Under the pieces are notes generated by a model. The model was not told the DNA's origin and searched no databases. It saw only the letters and a program-made list of their open reading frames with translations. A stretch of DNA of 10,412 nucleotides from Candidatus Heimdallarchaeota archaeon (GTDB lineage: Archaea; Asgardarchaeota; Heimdallarchaeia; Heimdallarchaeales; Heimdallarchaeaceae), in the NCBI GenBank assembly GCA_021399395.1, contig JAAFKJ010000011.1, forward strand, positions 1 to 10,412. The letters run 5' to 3'. Made by a program: the position numbers and the translations under genes. Positions within the stretch are counted from its first letter, which is position 1, and the number at the start of each line of letters is the position of its first letter. Positions 8,561 through 10,412 of the stretch are shown one piece after another.

Positions 8561-9910
8561 TTATTTCGCAAGTATTTTGTCGTCATCTTCTGAACCTGTT
8601 CTTTGGATGAACAATGTACATACTAATGCAGCTACAAAAAAGATGCTTGAATATAGAAATAGAAAACTAATATTTGAAGCATCAAAAATAGCTCCAGCCA
8701 TAACAGGAGAAACGATTGCAGCTAGTGCAGAGAAGAAGTAATATAAACCTGTATAAGTACCCAAACGAGCTGTTCCAGCAAGTTCCCATACTATTACGAT
8801 ACTGTTTATGTTTATAAATGCCCAGAACATTCCTCCAAGGAAGAGCAAAACTCCATCAATTAATATTTCCCATGTCCACTTAAATGGGAGAAATCCAATG
8901 AATTCGCTTAGTGCAGGGACACGAACTATTGACAGTATTACAAGAGGAATCATTACAGATATTAATCCAATAAGACCTATGATTATAGTTTTCTTTCGCC
9001 CTATTTTTTTTGCGATTAAACCTGCAGGAATAGCGAATATGATGAATGTCAAAGAGTAAACTCCTAGTAGCATACTTGCTGATCCTTCCGTCATATTAAG
9101 CAGATTAGGATCCGTTGCATATAGACTAAACCATGTTTCAATTGCATTGAAAGCGAAGAACCAGAATAGTATTGCCAAAAGAATGAAAATCAAACTTTTA
9201 TCCTTGTCTTTAAACATATTCCGAATTGCATCTAGCAGACTAACTTTTTCTTTTTCTTCCACATCAACCCGTTCTTTAGGTTCTTTTATATTAAAATACA
9301 GAACTACCAGACACAAAACCATCACTACTGAAGCAATTACAAAAGTGATAATTGGGTTGTCAGGGTCGTAAATTGCACCCATAACAAAGAGTCCTATTAA
9401 AGCTCCAACTCCACCAAGAAGATTGATGACTGCATTACCTCGACTTCTATATTCCTTTGACACTAAATCGGGCATGAGAGCTACCACTGGAGCTCTGTAC
9501 AAAGCCATTGAAATATTGAAACCACCGATGATTATAATGATTAGAACTAAGGAATCCTTAAATGTTGGAATTAAACCAAAGAAAAGAGCAGCAATCGGTA
9601 TTCCAGCAAGAATAAAAGGCATACGACGACCAAACTTGGTCCATATATTGTCAGAAACCTTTCCTATCCATGGTTGAAGTGTAATAGCAGCGATATTATC
9701 AAGCACCATTATGATACCTATTATTAATTTTGCATTGTCTAAATGACCAAGCAAAGAATCTAGATATACTGGCACATAGATGTTAAACATAGACCAAGTT
9801 ATTGCAGTTGTGAAAAAACCCAGACCTATAACTGCTGTATAAAGGTATGAAAAACTCTTTCTATCTCTAGCATCTGCATAATTACTTATAACATTTCTAA
9901 AAAACGACAT
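8561..9910 (-). CDS. MFS transporter, SLC45/GPH (sucrose/maltose permease-like) family
   Basis: About 12 hydrophobic segments; motif A variant QPWIGKVSDNIWTKFGRRMPF; ALMPDL; AGLIAKKIGRKK in the second half; GTYTGLYY. Start taken as ATG 9910 (GTG 9931 is the alternative) because of the TATA position. Confidence 0.88.
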   Translation of the reverse strand: MSFFRNVISNYADARDRKSFSYLYTAVIGLGFFTTAITWSMFNIYVPVYLDSLLGHLDNAKLIIGIIMVLDNIAAITLQPWIGKVSDNIWTKFGRRMPFILAGIPIAALFFGLIPTFKDSLVLIIIIIGGFNISMALYRAPVVALMPDLVSKEYRSRGNAVINLLGGVGALIGLFVMGAIYDPDNPIITFVIASVVMVLCLVVLYFNIKEPKERVDVEEKEKVSLLDAIRNMFKDKDKSLIFILLAILFWFFAFNAIETWFSLYATDPNLLNMTEGSASMLLGVYSLTFIIFAIPAGLIAKKIGRKKTIIIGLIGLISVMIPLVILSIVRVPALSEFIGFLPFKWTWEILIDGVLLFLGGMFWAFININSIVIVWELAGTARLGTYTGLYYFFSALAAIVSPVMAGAIFDASNISFLFLYSSIFFVAALVCTLFIQRTGSEDDDKILAK

Positions 9911-9932
9911 AATAAGTGAAAATTTTTGCACC

Positions 9933-9946
9933 TATAAAATTCTTAT
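9933..9946 (-). promoter_or_regulatory. Putative archaeal BRE/TATA promoter for a leaderless MFS transcript
   Basis: The minus strand reads ataagaa-TTTTATA. The TATA centre is ~26 nt upstream of ATG 9910, and there is no SD at normal spacing. Confidence 0.45.
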
Positions 9947-10152
9947 GTAGACAAATTTAACATATTAAAAAAACAGAAACTGATTAATTTCCTATATTTC
10001 CACATTGTGTACTAGTTTGGGGGGGTTTAGGTCATTTATTCCAATAATTAGAAGTATTCGAAAATATTTTTAATGTCTAAACATCTCGTACAAGTAGAAC
10101 TAACTCAGCTTTTTTATTTGAAGTTGAGAAAAACAGTGTGATGTGCTAGACA

Positions 10153-10412
10153 ATGGAACCGGAAAATAGAGGAAATGATACTCTAATTCATGAAGATGAA
10201 TTCTTAGATTCAGGTACTATTGTCCCATTATCTCAGAGGGATGCTTTGATAGTTGAGATGTATGAAGATGGTTTATCTACATATGATATAGCTATCCAAT
10301 TAGAACTAAACCGACACACGATATCAAGAGTTCTTAAAGAAAACAGAATAGAAACAAGAACTATAGCTGATTACCATAAATTCAAACATGAAGATATTGA
10401 ATTATTGTTTAA
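10153..10412 (+). CDS. Helix-turn-helix protein, 3'-truncated by the window edge (not in the ORF track)
   Basis: ATG 10153 follows an in-frame TAG at 10147-10149 and stays open to the end: MEPENRGNDTLIHEDEFLDSGTIVPLSQRDALIVEMYEDGLSTYDIAIQLELNRHTISRVLKENRIETRTIADYHKFKHEDIELLF. GLSTYDIAIQLELNRHTISRVL is a clear HTH pattern. Confidence 0.75.
   Translation, partial: MEPENRGNDTLIHEDEFLDSGTIVPLSQRDALIVEMYEDGLSTYDIAIQLELNRHTISRVLKENRIETRTIADYHKFKHEDIELLF

Noticed and set aside
10019-10025. G7 homopolymer in the divergent intergenic region as a phase-variation or G-quadruplex site
   Set aside because: It is a single short run with no further G-tracts and no evidence of length variation.

Overview
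AT-rich window that looks archaeal: GGTGA/GAGGT/GGAGG ribosome-binding sites, TATA-like boxes and oligo-T tracts after genes. An Asgard-like host is a guess from gene style only. In order it holds: (1) the end of an oligopeptide/dipeptide ABC operon, with a 5'-truncated OppD/DppD-like ATPase and an OppF/DppF-like ATPase that has an unusual ~40-aa hydrophobic insertion; (2) two tandem, distantly related 250-aa proteins, each a ~175-aa coiled coil ending in a winged-helix-like domain; (3) a family-I, probably NADP-dependent glutamate dehydrogenase (gdhA); (4) a convergent 991-aa protein with two receiver-like domains, a PEP-synthase/PPDK-type ATP-grasp domain and a His-containing C-terminal domain, but no pyruvate-binding barrel; (5) an SLC45/GPH-like MFS transporter; (6) a 3'-truncated HTH protein. 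No rRNA, tRNA, CRISPR array or transposase was seen. The best candidates for new biology are the length-matched coiled-coil/wHTH pair, the receiver-dikinase-like protein beside gdhA, and the possibly membrane-anchored ABC ATPase.
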